From Thermoprotei archaeon (lineage in GTDB: Archaea > Thermoproteota > Thermoprotei_A > Marsarchaeales > Marsarchaeaceae): a stretch of DNA of 64,000 nt. The position numbers and the translations under genes were made by a program. Every line of letters begins with the position of its first letter. The stretch's first letter is position 1. Where the stretch lies: positions 19,170 to 83,169 of the forward strand of contig JAVZKQ010000001.1 in assembly GCA_038884175.1 (NCBI GenBank), in the 5' to 3' direction. Under the pieces are notes generated by a model that did no database searches, was not told where the DNA came from, and worked only from the letters and a program-made list of their open reading frames with translations. Below, in pieces: positions 1-10,584 of this stretch.

Positions 1-982
1 TCATTAGATCCGCTAGCTCATCAGTGTCCCAATAATCGAATCTCAACACGTTAAATAGACTTTCGGCTACCCCAGTTGTCTTGGAAACTATTGTGGGTAA
101 CCCAATCCCCATTGCTTCGAGTACAGTCATACCGAAGGGCTCACTCACCGCGGGTAGAACATAGGCATCACTCTGGCTCAGCCAATAGCTCATCTCGTAG
201 TTGTCAACGTAGCCAAGGAGGCGTACCTTGTCTTTAATTCCGAGTTTTTCAGCTTCAATCCTAACCTCCATATCCGAGCTACCAGTGCCGCAGAACACCA
301 CCTCACCGCCTGTCTCTTCGCAGAACCTTTTGGCCGCTCTAACAAGGAAAATCGGGCCCTTCTGGGCTGTAACCCTGCCAATAAACACAATCCTCTTATG
401 CCTTGAGTAATCGCTTTTCACAAGCGGGAGAGGATTAAACCCGTTATACACAACCTTTGTATCACCCCTACCATAATACTGCCTAATAATTTCCTTTTCA
501 TGTTTGCTTACGGTAATAACCTTAACAGAGCCATGGATCAGGGTGCGCTCGATATCCATAATCCATTTCTGAGGATAAAAGAAGGCAGACCTGTCTAGTT
601 CGGTGCTGTGTATCGTCGACACAAGTGGTATACCATGCTTGCGGCTGAGATCCAACGCGGCATCCGCGGCTATCCAGTCGTGGCAGTGGATTATGGACAC
701 ACCTGAAGGGTCAAATTCCTTTTTAAGCTTGGCGTTATACTCCTCTACCGCACTGTTAAAATCCTTGAGCGCGTAGCTATCTGGTGTAACAGAGCGCTCG
801 AGGATGATCTCCTTAAACCTTATGTTTGCGTCGATGGGTGAACCGTCTATTTTGGGTTTATAGAAATCCACGTTAACACCTAAGCCAACGAGTTTCTTGG
901 TCAGCTCAGCGGAGTGCACTCCTAGTCCACCCACCACATGTGGGGGGTACTCCCAGCCAAACATAGCCACCTTGAACGCCAA
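1..982 (-). CDS. GT4 glycosyltransferase (glycogen synthase-like), 3' end outside window
   Basis: Absent from ORF track; manual translation from TTG at 982: MAFKVAMFGWEYPPHVVGGLG...IHCHDW...FIGRVTAQKG...SEPFGMTVLEAMG; frame open to the window edge. Confidence 0.9.
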   Translation of the reverse strand, partial: MAFKVAMFGWEYPPHVVGGLGVHSAELTKKLVGLGVNVDFYKPKIDGSPIDANIRFKEIILERSVTPDSYALKDFNSAVEEYNAKLKKEFDPSGVSIIHCHDWIAADAALDLSRKHGIPLVSTIHSTELDRSAFFYPQKWIMDIERTLIHGSVKVITVSKHEKEIIRQYYGRGDTKVVYNGFNPLPLVKSDYSRHKRIVFIGRVTAQKGPIFLVRAAKRFCEETGGEVVFCGTGSSDMEVRIEAEKLGIKDKVRLLGYVDNYEMSYWLSQSDAYVLPAVSEPFGMTVLEAMGIGLPTIVSKTTGVAESLFNVLRFDYWDTDELADLM

Positions 983-1389
983 CTTGTCTAAAACACTATG
1001 TTGTAACCTTTTAAAAGCTTGTGGTGTAAAAACTTGAGCGGGTGTTTTTAGTAGTGTATTGAGTCGTCTACGCACCGCTGAAACGTGTTGGCTTCCTTGC
1101 AGCTGCTGTGTGACTAAGTTGAAATGTCAAGCTCATAGGATTTCACCCTTTCTTCAGGGGAGATCACCAAAATAGCATTTTGACGTTGCACACAATCCTC
1201 TAAGTGCGCTTCGCAAGTATCCATATAGTGGGGTAAGGTGGTGTTTACTTTGGGTAATTGTTGTGCGCTATGTGTTTCATTGTGCGGATACAATATATGT
1301 GTTACTATTATTTGTTTACTATTTATCACAACTGAATCTTGATATATATGTATCGCTGTTGGAACAGTATGCTTATATATCCAGGTGTA

Positions 1390-3249
1390 ATGCCCATACT
1401 GGGAATGTTAAGACCGAACGCCCTTGTGGGCAACGGCAAACTCATGGTTATCCTTGACGCTTACGGCAACCTGCTCCACCTGTACTATCCGCACGTGGGA
1501 ATGTGGCAACACTTAGAGCAGTTCAGGCTTGGTGTTCAGCGTGGCTCGTCCTTCAGATGGGCTCCACCCTACTCTTCGGAGGACATCCAGCACATCCAGT
1601 CCTATGTGGATGAGTCGGGTGTGGTGAACACCAAGCTCGAAATGGTGGGTGTAAACTTAGAATTCTATGACGTAATCCACCCAGCGCTCGACGTGTTCAT
1701 CAGGAGGGTACGTGTTAAACCAGCAAGTGGGTCGCCTGTTAAACTGTACTTCTACCATAGGCTAAACATTGCTGAGACACAATATAGTGAAACAGTTTTC
1801 TATGACCCGGACGTATCAGGGCTGATACACTTTAAAAACAACTACTTCTTCATGTTTGGGTCCCTCCCCCACTTCTCTTCCTACGCGTGTGGGGAGCACT
1901 CTGTTAAAGGGTTGAGCGGAACCTACGTTGACGCCGAGGACGGCGCTCTTTATAAGAGTGATGTGTCCCACGGCTCGGTTGACTCGGTAGCCGAACTCAC
2001 CTTTAACCCTGAAGCCGACTGGTCTGAGGCCTACTATTATATCCTTGCTGGCAGAAGCCTAGAGCAGATCTACTCGCTGAACGACTACCTGGCATCTAAA
2101 GACTTAACAAAGGCTATGGAAGAGGCTTCATCCTACTGGTCGAGTTGGTTTGCTCATAAACCAAGCGTTGAACCCAAACTGGACGGCTTGCTTGGCAACG
2201 TTTATAGAAGTTCGCTGTACGTGTTAAGCAGCTGTGTGGACATAGACGGATCCATAATAGCCTCACCGGATGCCGCTAACCTCAAATTGAGCGGGGACTC
2301 GTACAACTACTGCTGGTGGAGGGACGCCGCCTACGTATCGGTGGCCCTTAACGAATCGGGTATGTCCCAGCTCACACTCCGGTTTCTAAGGTTCGCACAA
2401 AGAAACCAGACCAAGGAGGGCTACTTCTACCATAGACATAGACCCGACGGCTCATGGGGCTCGACTTGGCACCGCAAGCCCTTCGTCCAGCTGGACCAAA
2501 CCTGTTCAATCTTATATGCCTTGTATAACTATTATCTTCACACACACGATGTTTCCACACTCCTAGAGTTGTGGCCAATGGTTAAGTCAGCGGCCACATA
2601 TGTTTCAAGTCAAGTTAAAGATGGCTCACTTGCCCCATCATACGATCTTTGGGAGGAAGATTATGGTGTCCACGTGTACACGGCGTGCACAGTGTGGCAG
2701 GGCCTACTCGCAGCCGAAAAGATTGGTGACGTATTGGGCAAGGAGCGGAGGGGTTGGTCGCAGACCGCTGGGGCAGTCAGATCTAAGCTGTTGGGTTCTA
2801 TAGGTGACGGCTCACCGCCCAGGATGCTAGACCGGGAGGATAAGAGGGCTGATAGCTCCATGCTCATGCTTGTGAACACTGGTCTCATTGACCCCTCGAC
2901 GGAGCTTGCTCGAAAGCTTGTGGCGCACGTCGAAACCAAGCTGGCCAAGAAGGGTGGGGGTGTCGCCCGATATCAAGGTGACTCCTATTGGGGTCACGAG
3001 AACCCGTGGATAATTTCGACGCTTTGGCTGGCTCAGGCAAAGCTACTACTAAACGATAGGGATTCCGCGCTCCAACTTATAATGTGGGTGGCGTCGAAGT
3101 CAACCCCGACTGGTCTTTTACCCGAACAGGTGGACGCTGACGGTGGAAGGCCCGTGTCCGTGGTGCCCTTAGCTTGGAGCCACGCAACCTACGTCACAGT
3201 GGTTAACCAATACTTGGGTAAGGGTAAGTCTGGCTACCTTATGGTGTGA
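1390..3249 (+). CDS. GH15 glucoamylase/trehalase-family glycoside hydrolase
   Basis: YCWWRDAAY, DLWEE (general acid), LLPEQ (general base), PLAWSHA; start chosen at ATG 1390 (1405 possible). Confidence 0.9.
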   Translation: MPILGMLRPNALVGNGKLMVILDAYGNLLHLYYPHVGMWQHLEQFRLGVQRGSSFRWAPPYSSEDIQHIQSYVDESGVVNTKLEMVGVNLEFYDVIHPALDVFIRRVRVKPASGSPVKLYFYHRLNIAETQYSETVFYDPDVSGLIHFKNNYFFMFGSLPHFSSYACGEHSVKGLSGTYVDAEDGALYKSDVSHGSVDSVAELTFNPEADWSEAYYYILAGRSLEQIYSLNDYLASKDLTKAMEEASSYWSSWFAHKPSVEPKLDGLLGNVYRSSLYVLSSCVDIDGSIIASPDAANLKLSGDSYNYCWWRDAAYVSVALNESGMSQLTLRFLRFAQRNQTKEGYFYHRHRPDGSWGSTWHRKPFVQLDQTCSILYALYNYYLHTHDVSTLLELWPMVKSAATYVSSQVKDGSLAPSYDLWEEDYGVHVYTACTVWQGLLAAEKIGDVLGKERRGWSQTAGAVRSKLLGSIGDGSPPRMLDREDKRADSSMLMLVNTGLIDPSTELARKLVAHVETKLAKKGGGVARYQGDSYWGHENPWIISTLWLAQAKLLLNDRDSALQLIMWVASKSTPTGLLPEQVDADGGRPVSVVPLAWSHATYVTVVNQYLGKGKSGYLMV

Positions 3250-3325
3250 TAATACACCGTTGGAGTTTATAGGGTTTCCAAAGAGCACACGACTTATTTG
3301 TTGGGTCAACGTTGGGTTGTGGGCT

Positions 3326-5257
3326 ATGCGTTGGCTCAGCATTGGGAACGGTGAACTCGAAGTTAACTATGATTCTCACGGCCAGATAGTTTGCTTTTAC
3401 TATCCATATGTGGGTCAGGAAAATCAGACTTCTGGTAACACCAATAAGGTGGGTTTCTGCCATTCTGGGAAGTTTAGGTGGATCGACTCTTTGGAGTGCA
3501 GTATGGAGTATATGGACGACCTTATGATAGGGAGGGTTCGAGTTGGGTTTGAGCCCTTTGAGATCGTGTTCACAGACTTCGTCGATGACCGCGAACCTCT
3601 CTTCACAAGGATAATCTCCATCAGGAATTACTCAAATGTAAAGAGCGAGATAAGGGTGTTCATGCACCAAAACTTCTCTCTGTTCGATAACGATGTGGGC
3701 GACACAGGTGTTTACGACCCCGAACACCACGCGGTTGTGCACTATAAGGGTCTTAGGTGTGTGCTCGCTAAGCTCGTAGACGAATCTGGGAGGTGGTTCG
3801 ACCAGTACGCCGTGGGTAAAAAGACGGCTGATGCTGAAGGCAACATTATTAGGGGCACATACCTAGACGCGGAGGACTGCGCGCTTTCAGGGAACCCTGT
3901 AGAGCAGGGCTTCGTTGACTCGGTGATATCCATAAGCGTTGACGTTGAGCCGAATTCGACAGCCAAACTCTACTATTGGCTTCTTGCTGGGAAACGTATA
4001 GACAAGGTTACGTCTAGGGCAAAGGATCTTGTTCCAAGTAAGGCTGAGTCGGACTTCTCGTTCATAAGATCCTACTGGTCAAAGTGGCTCTCCAGGGTTG
4101 GACAACCAGATATTTCCCCCAAGGTTTTAGGTCTATATAGGAAGAGTCTCACTGTTATCTCTTCACAGTGTGGGAGGAATGGTTCCATTGTGGCCAGCAC
4201 AGATTATAGCATTGAGCGTTTGTCCCATGATACGTACAACTATGTGTGGCCAAGGGATGCCGCATATGTTGCAAACGCCATGGATATGGCGGGCTACCCC
4301 GAGTACTCGTTACGCCTATTCGACTTTGCCTCTAAGGTTTTAGAGCGTGATGGGTACCTACTACAAAAATATAACTCGAATGGAACCCTTGCAAGCAGTT
4401 GGCATCCGTGGGTCTCCAACTATGAAGGATATCTGCCCATCCAGGAGGATGAAACCGCGCTACTAGTGTGGTGCCTGTGTGAACACTATTTTAAGTATGG
4501 TGACATAGAGAGGATAGCGCACTACTACCACACCCTAGTTAAACCAGCATCCGCTTTTCTTATGCGCTTTATGGATAAGGGCCTACCTCGGCCTTCCTAT
4601 GACCTGTGGGAAGAGAGGTTCGGGATCCATATCCACACTGTTGCGGCTGTCCACGCAGCACTAAAACTCGTGTCGCGGCTCGCAAAAGAGTTCGGTGACG
4701 CCGAGCACGCTCAGCAATGTTCGGATGCAGCCGAAACACTGTCTAAGTCGGTGTTGGAGAGGATGGTTTACGGTGGGAGGTTCGTAAGAAGGTTGTATTT
4801 TGAAGACGGACAGCTTAAACCCGACCTAACAGTGGATTCAGCCATGTTAGCACCAATACTTTTAGGGATGGTTGATATACAGTCGCCTGTGGGTAAGAAT
4901 TCGGCTGAAGCCGTTCTCTCAAATCTCACAACAAAGATGGGTGGTCTCGCAAGATATGAGGGAGACTGGTATATGCGCACAACCCAAGATGGTCCGGGTA
5001 ATCCTTGGGTGATAACTACACTCTGGGCTGCGCAATACAAGATACTGTGCGGCGCGCAGCGGGATAGAGCTGAGGCAATGCGCCTAATCGAGTGGTGCTG
5101 TGACCACGCGCCCTCCACGGGTGTGTTACCCGAACAATTTGACCTCGCCACTGGGCAACCAACGTCCGTGGCCCCCCTCACGTGGAGTCACGCCGAGTTT
5201 GTGCGAACAGTGCAATTCTACTTGGGCAACAGCCTAGCGTGTCTAAATCAGGATTAG
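3326..5257 (+). CDS. GH15 glucoamylase-family glycoside hydrolase, second paralog
   Basis: YVWPRDAAY, DLWEE, VLPEQ, PLTWSHA; likely start MRWLSIGNG at 3326. Confidence 0.9.
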   Translation: MRWLSIGNGELEVNYDSHGQIVCFYYPYVGQENQTSGNTNKVGFCHSGKFRWIDSLECSMEYMDDLMIGRVRVGFEPFEIVFTDFVDDREPLFTRIISIRNYSNVKSEIRVFMHQNFSLFDNDVGDTGVYDPEHHAVVHYKGLRCVLAKLVDESGRWFDQYAVGKKTADAEGNIIRGTYLDAEDCALSGNPVEQGFVDSVISISVDVEPNSTAKLYYWLLAGKRIDKVTSRAKDLVPSKAESDFSFIRSYWSKWLSRVGQPDISPKVLGLYRKSLTVISSQCGRNGSIVASTDYSIERLSHDTYNYVWPRDAAYVANAMDMAGYPEYSLRLFDFASKVLERDGYLLQKYNSNGTLASSWHPWVSNYEGYLPIQEDETALLVWCLCEHYFKYGDIERIAHYYHTLVKPASAFLMRFMDKGLPRPSYDLWEERFGIHIHTVAAVHAALKLVSRLAKEFGDAEHAQQCSDAAETLSKSVLERMVYGGRFVRRLYFEDGQLKPDLTVDSAMLAPILLGMVDIQSPVGKNSAEAVLSNLTTKMGGLARYEGDWYMRTTQDGPGNPWVITTLWAAQYKILCGAQRDRAEAMRLIEWCCDHAPSTGVLPEQFDLATGQPTSVAPLTWSHAEFVRTVQFYLGNSLACLNQD

Positions 5258-5396
5258 GCTTTAATAACTGTGAGATTAGACTTTCAAAATCAATACGCAT
5301 GGAAAAATAGTCTCCAATCTTTATGTGTTTAAGTAGGTGACGATGGCTTCAAACTTATATGATAAGTATTATATTATGGCTGTAATATTATTTTTT

Positions 5397-5780
5397 ATGC
5401 TTAGTGAAAAATTAATCAAGCTGGTTGAGGCTAGAAACTTTGCTTTTATAGCCACGCTGGGTAAGGATGGCTATCCCACAGTGACACCTGTATGGATCGA
5501 CCACGACGGCGAACACCTCCTCGTGAACACTACGGCTAATAGGGCCAAAGCTAGGAGGGTTAGGGTGAATCCCAAGGTTTCGGTTGCAGTGGTCGATTGG
5601 TCCAACCCATATGATAAGGTTGTCGTAAAGGGGCGGGTGGTGGAGGTCTCGGATAATGGGGCTGAAGCGCATATAGATAAACTTGCTAAAAAATACTTGG
5701 GTCAGGATAAGTATCCGTGGAAAAACCCCAGCGAGAAACGCGTCATACTTAAAATAAAGCCGGAAAAAGTGTTAGATTGA
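5397..5780 (+). CDS. PPOX-class (split beta-barrel) F420/flavin-dependent oxidoreductase
   Basis: ATLGKDGYPTVTPVW, RAKARRVRVNPKVSV, IDKLAKKY...RVILKIKP. Confidence 0.8.
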   Translation: MLSEKLIKLVEARNFAFIATLGKDGYPTVTPVWIDHDGEHLLVNTTANRAKARRVRVNPKVSVAVVDWSNPYDKVVVKGRVVEVSDNGAEAHIDKLAKKYLGQDKYPWKNPSEKRVILKIKPEKVLD

Positions 5781-5859
5781 GCACAAAAACCCCTCATCCC
5801 CATTTTTGGCGGTATAACCTAATTTATGGGTGTATAATACATTTACTAGGTTGTTTGTA

Positions 5860-6612
5860 TTGGATGAACCCTTAGTGGTTGAGGGTTTGGTTGTCAAGTA
5901 CGGTGAGAAGGTGGCTGTAGACGGCCTTTCCTTCCATTTGCGGCCTGGTGAGATTTATGGACTTCTAGGCCCAAATGGTGCGGGTAAGACTTCGACCATT
6001 AAAGCGATAATTGGGCTTGTTGAGCCGAGCTCTGGCTCAGTCAAAGTTTATGGAAGGGGGGCTAAGGATGACCCTGTATACGTCAAATCACAGGTTGGGG
6101 CCGTGTTGGAGAACCCCGTGCTATTTGATTCGCTCACACCAAACGAGTTCTTTGAGTTTGTGGCCTCTGTTAGGGGTGTTAGGGATGTTGATAGGATCAG
6201 GGCGCTCGTAGAGGCGTTCGACCTACAAGCATACATGGAAACACCCATCGCGGCTCTATCGCTTGGAAACAAGCAGAAGGTTGCGGTCGTAGCCGCTCTC
6301 CTACACAACCCAGGTTTGCTTATACTCGACGAGCCATTCAACGGCTTGGATGTTAGGGCTGTGGCGATCTTTAAGGATGTTCTGCTAAAACACATCGAGA
6401 GGGGTGGGGCTGTGTTGTTCTCAACTCACATAATGGAGGTAGCAGAGAAAATATGTACGCGGGTTGGGATAATACATCAGGGTAGAATGGTCGATGAGGG
6501 GACCGTTGATGAGTTGAAACTGCGTATACATGGCTCAAGCTTAGAGGAAATCCTTTTAAAGGCCACCCAGCTTGAAAAGGATGTGGCGGAGGCGTTAAGA
6601 GGGCTAGGTTAG
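5860..6612 (+). CDS. ABC transporter ATP-binding protein
   Basis: GPNGAGKT, LSLGNKQ, ILDEPF, STH. Confidence 0.92.
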   Translation: MDEPLVVEGLVVKYGEKVAVDGLSFHLRPGEIYGLLGPNGAGKTSTIKAIIGLVEPSSGSVKVYGRGAKDDPVYVKSQVGAVLENPVLFDSLTPNEFFEFVASVRGVRDVDRIRALVEAFDLQAYMETPIAALSLGNKQKVAVVAALLHNPGLLILDEPFNGLDVRAVAIFKDVLLKHIERGGAVLFSTHIMEVAEKICTRVGIIHQGRMVDEGTVDELKLRIHGSSLEEILLKATQLEKDVAEALRGLG

Positions 6613-6685
6613 ACAAATTTTGTTGTATAAAAACCTTAATCGAGGCGTCTAAATGTGTTTATTGGCTTGATTCTGTATTTTAGGA

Positions 6686-8206
6686 GTGGTACGCTTGGGT
6701 AGACGTGTGAAAGGTAATACACTTGTCAACAGCCTATATAAAGAAATAGTGTTCCAAAGCTATGTTGCCTCAAGGCTGACGGGTATGCCCACCGCACAGG
6801 TAAATAGGCTTATACGTAATGGTCTGCGCTCAAAGTATATTGTGACGGGTATCTACGGATTCATATTTGTTCTCATAATGTTTGGCACCCTTACGATGAA
6901 TGCGGATGGTAGACTCATCTTTCCTCTTGAGGCGTTCATATGGGTTTTCCTCCTCGTGTTTTTACCCACCCTCCAACTTTCATATGGCGCCTCGGCAGGG
7001 GGCCAAATACGAGAAATGCTTGACACTCTTCCAATAACAAAGGCGCAGATCGAGAGGCTCTCAGCCCAGGCGATATTTAAGACGATTGATGCGCCACTTG
7101 TGGTGGCTTTCTCAGTGCTGGTGTTGGGTGGAATATTGGTGGGACCACTCTTCATGCTATCCTCGTTGATGGGAGGCGTCTCCTCGCTTAGCATAGCAAT
7201 GCTAGCCATACTCTTATTAATGCGCACCTTCAGGAAGTTTAACACTTCGAGTCGATTTGGCTCCGTGCTCAGAATGATTGTTGTGGTGCCAGCCATATTT
7301 GTCTGGGTGCTCACGGGCTACGTGACAAACCTTAAAGTGGTGGCTACCAACCCCACTATGATTTACACGCCAATAATTAACCTAATTGGGGTTTCTGCGG
7401 GTAACACGGACGCCATTCTACTAGCACTGTTGTATACCATCGTAATTGCTGCGGTGGGTTACAAGTCTTTTCTCTCCGCTTCGACCCAACTACTATCTCC
7501 ACTAATAGTCACACCCCAAAAGGTGGGTAGGTTCAAAATAAAGGTGCGCTCACAGCTGGAATCAATTGTTGTCACGGATCTGAGACAGGTTGTAAGGTCA
7601 CCTAGACTCATAGGGTTCTTCGTCACCCCGCTTGTATTTGTTACGATTTTGGTGTACGACCTATACTTCGGGGGTGTTGTAGGTAAAATCGGGTTTGATT
7701 TTGTCTACCTGCAAGATATTGTGCCATTCGTTTTCGCCATATCCTATATGCCATATGTGCTCTACCTAAGTGAGCTCAGAGGCTACTCATACTTTAAAAT
7801 ACTTCCCGTAAAGAATTCTATAAATGTTCTAAGCAAGACGCTTACAACCCTAATAGTATTCTTTGGAATCGGCTCGGTTATGGCGTATGCGGCCTACCTC
7901 CCACTCCACAGCATCACAGTGTTTGCGGCTGTTTACTCGCTAGGCTTGCCACTCACCGCCTCAGTGCTTTTGACCACGGTATACTTTAATTACTCCATGA
8001 AAAAGATGAGTATGGGTGTCGCAAGCACCCTCACAAGCATACTGTTCACATTCCTGAACATAATTGTACTAGGCGTGCCAGTGGGCTTTTACTATGCTGG
8101 AACATTTCTCGGGGCGGCCCCCATCACAAGCGTATTATATTTGTGCGTGGCGTCAATGGTCGAACTCATCATTCTACTCTTAGTTGAAACAAAGTTTAAA
8201 ACGTAG
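6686..8206 (+). CDS. multi-pass membrane protein, probable ABC permease
   Basis: About 12 hydrophobic segments; directly follows the ABC ATPase. Confidence 0.7.
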   Translation: MVRLGRRVKGNTLVNSLYKEIVFQSYVASRLTGMPTAQVNRLIRNGLRSKYIVTGIYGFIFVLIMFGTLTMNADGRLIFPLEAFIWVFLLVFLPTLQLSYGASAGGQIREMLDTLPITKAQIERLSAQAIFKTIDAPLVVAFSVLVLGGILVGPLFMLSSLMGGVSSLSIAMLAILLLMRTFRKFNTSSRFGSVLRMIVVVPAIFVWVLTGYVTNLKVVATNPTMIYTPIINLIGVSAGNTDAILLALLYTIVIAAVGYKSFLSASTQLLSPLIVTPQKVGRFKIKVRSQLESIVVTDLRQVVRSPRLIGFFVTPLVFVTILVYDLYFGGVVGKIGFDFVYLQDIVPFVFAISYMPYVLYLSELRGYSYFKILPVKNSINVLSKTLTTLIVFFGIGSVMAYAAYLPLHSITVFAAVYSLGLPLTASVLLTTVYFNYSMKKMSMGVASTLTSILFTFLNIIVLGVPVGFYYAGTFLGAAPITSVLYLCVASMVELIILLLVETKFKT

Positions 8207-8223
8207 ATAATACCACTATTGAT

Positions 8224-10056
8224 GTGTCCAAGACTTCCGCTCAAATCAAATCGATTCAAGGGATGTGGGATGAATGGTTGTTCACGAACCTGTTTGGTGG
8301 CTATGCGTCCTCCACAATGGGATGTGTCAACACACGCGCCTACCACACACTATTAACTTCAGCATCCAACACAGGTGGGATGAGGATTCAACTGGTGAAC
8401 ACACTAGAGGAGAAAGTATCGTTTAACAACAGTGAGTGGCACTATCTATCGACCCATAGGTACACGAACGTTTATCACCCAGACGGCTTAAACCATATGC
8501 TGAGTTTTGGGTTTGATGAGAGTGGTTTGTGGTGGACTTTTAGGTTCGATTCACACACACTATTAAAACGCTTCAGTTTTGGTCGTATAGAGGAATCATT
8601 CAGAATAGAGTATTTGTCGGCGGATGAGTTCAACGTCGAGGTAAGGCCACTTATCAGCTTTCGTGATCACCACGGTGTTATCAGGGCTAATACTGTAAGC
8701 TATGATGTGGCCACAATCCAACATGGGTATATAGCCGTTAAAAGTGAGCCTTGGCCTCTTAGACTAGTGTTAAGCATATTGGGTGGGGACTTTAAACTCG
8801 AACCATATTGGTATTACTCGTTTTTCTATGAGGAAGAAGCTGCGAGGGGTGGTAACACTACAGAGGACCTTTACAGTCCGGGGCCCTTTATTGGGAGAGG
8901 TAAACAAGTTGTGCTAGAGGCTCGTGTGGAGCCACCGCGTCGTGTGGAGTATGCCTTAAAGAAAACACCTCTTTTAACATACCTCGCATTCAACCCTCAT
9001 CCCCTAATCGTGGCTGGGTACTACTGGTTCTGGGACTGGTGTCGGGATACCATGATAGTTTTGCCAACGCTCTACAGGCTTACGGGGGATATTCGACTCG
9101 TGGACCAGATCCTCGATAGATACTTTGGCTTTATGAGTTCTGGATTCCTTCCCACAGGGTTCGACGAATCGGGTAAACCATTTTATAACTCTGTTGACAC
9201 ATCACTGTGGGCCGCCTACGCTTTGAACGCGCTGTGCGAGCTCACCTCTTCAAAGGAGCTCGCCTTAAGGTATCGTGGTAAACTCAAAGAAATATATGAG
9301 GGCTACAGGTCAGGGTCCATGTTGGGTGTCAAACTTGTTGATGGCCTAGTATATCACGGGGCAAAGGGAGCAACATGGATGGATGCCTACTTTGAGGGTG
9401 TGCACTATACTCCCCGCAACGGCTTCGCCGTAGAAGTCAACGCGCTCTGGCTGCTCCTACTCAAACTCCTATATTCCACAGCCACGTCGGATGATGAAAT
9501 CGAGAGTCTTCAGAAGGAAATTCAAACGTTTAAAGCCTCCTTTAACACCCACTTCACATCCACATTCGGACTTTACGACACCCTCAAAGCTGACTTACAA
9601 CCCTCCGACCCACACGAGATCAGACCCAACATGCTTTTTGCGTTATCGCTACACAACGACCTAGTGAATAAGGAATCCGCTGCACGCACACTCGAGTGGA
9701 CACGTAGAGCGCTACTAACACCCTTCGGGCTCAGAACCCTTAACCCCGATCATCCCGCATATAGGCCAAGGTATATCGGCGACCGCGCGTCGAGGGATAG
9801 CGCCTACCATAATGGCACTGTTTGGCCTTGGCTTTTAGGCGCATATGTAGACGCCTGCCAAAACTATGACCCACCAAGCGTTGAGTACACACGATACATA
9901 ATAGAGCCCCTATTAAGGCTTGCCCACGCCAAAAACTATATCCTAAACGAGGTGTTCGACGGTGAGCCGCCACACACACCAAGAGGGTGTGTGGCCCAAG
10001 CTTGGAGCACATCGGAGCTACTCAGAATCACACTAAAAATATCCGCAACCCACTAA
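8224..10056 (+). CDS. archaeal-type glycogen debranching enzyme (amylo-alpha-1,6-glucosidase)
   Basis: EWLFTNLFGGYASST, AGYYWFWDWCRDT, TWMDA...TPRNG, YHNGTVWPW, GCVAQAWS. Confidence 0.92.
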   Translation: MSKTSAQIKSIQGMWDEWLFTNLFGGYASSTMGCVNTRAYHTLLTSASNTGGMRIQLVNTLEEKVSFNNSEWHYLSTHRYTNVYHPDGLNHMLSFGFDESGLWWTFRFDSHTLLKRFSFGRIEESFRIEYLSADEFNVEVRPLISFRDHHGVIRANTVSYDVATIQHGYIAVKSEPWPLRLVLSILGGDFKLEPYWYYSFFYEEEAARGGNTTEDLYSPGPFIGRGKQVVLEARVEPPRRVEYALKKTPLLTYLAFNPHPLIVAGYYWFWDWCRDTMIVLPTLYRLTGDIRLVDQILDRYFGFMSSGFLPTGFDESGKPFYNSVDTSLWAAYALNALCELTSSKELALRYRGKLKEIYEGYRSGSMLGVKLVDGLVYHGAKGATWMDAYFEGVHYTPRNGFAVEVNALWLLLLKLLYSTATSDDEIESLQKEIQTFKASFNTHFTSTFGLYDTLKADLQPSDPHEIRPNMLFALSLHNDLVNKESAARTLEWTRRALLTPFGLRTLNPDHPAYRPRYIGDRASRDSAYHNGTVWPWLLGAYVDACQNYDPPSVEYTRYIIEPLLRLAHAKNYILNEVFDGEPPHTPRGCVAQAWSTSELLRITLKISATH

Positions 10057-10105
10057 CGAATTTTCTTCCGAAAAGTTAATCTTGCAAATCGTTATTACCC
10101 TAAAT

Positions 10106-10552
10106 ATGCCTGGATTGCTGGTTTTAAGTGGGGTAGCCGGCCTAATAGTATTCCTATTAGCAGCAATTATACTTTGGATCGTCGTGTCTCTCCCAGTCTA
10201 CTTCGCATCAAAAATAGTTAAGGGCGGTAAATCCACGCTTGGTGCGGCTATGATTGCAACACTTATTGGGCCGATCGTTTACTTCATTGTGTACGCTATC
10301 GTCTCGTTTCTACTCGGCGCAATAGGGGCACATACCCTTGCGTTCGTGGCAGCCTTCATCTTGGCCTTCCTAGCTTGGCTGGGTGTTTACAAAGCCGTGT
10401 TTAACACTGGTTGGCTTGGGGCGTTTGGTATAGCGATAATCGCCGCGGTAATCTACGTGGTTCTGGATGTAATATTTCTGACAATATTCAGGGTGAGCTT
10501 CCCCGGCGACAGATATTTACCGTTACACTTTTTCAGAGTACTCCTTATTTAA
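10106..10552 (+). CDS. hypothetical membrane protein (about 4 TM)
   Basis: Hydrophobic ORF directly upstream of htpX. Confidence 0.7.
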   Translation: MPGLLVLSGVAGLIVFLLAAIILWIVVSLPVYFASKIVKGGKSTLGAAMIATLIGPIVYFIVYAIVSFLLGAIGAHTLAFVAAFILAFLAWLGVYKAVFNTGWLGAFGIAIIAAVIYVVLDVIFLTIFRVSFPGDRYLPLHFFRVLLI

Positions 10553-10584
10553 GATTTAAATGTGTGTTAAGTGGAATATCAATT

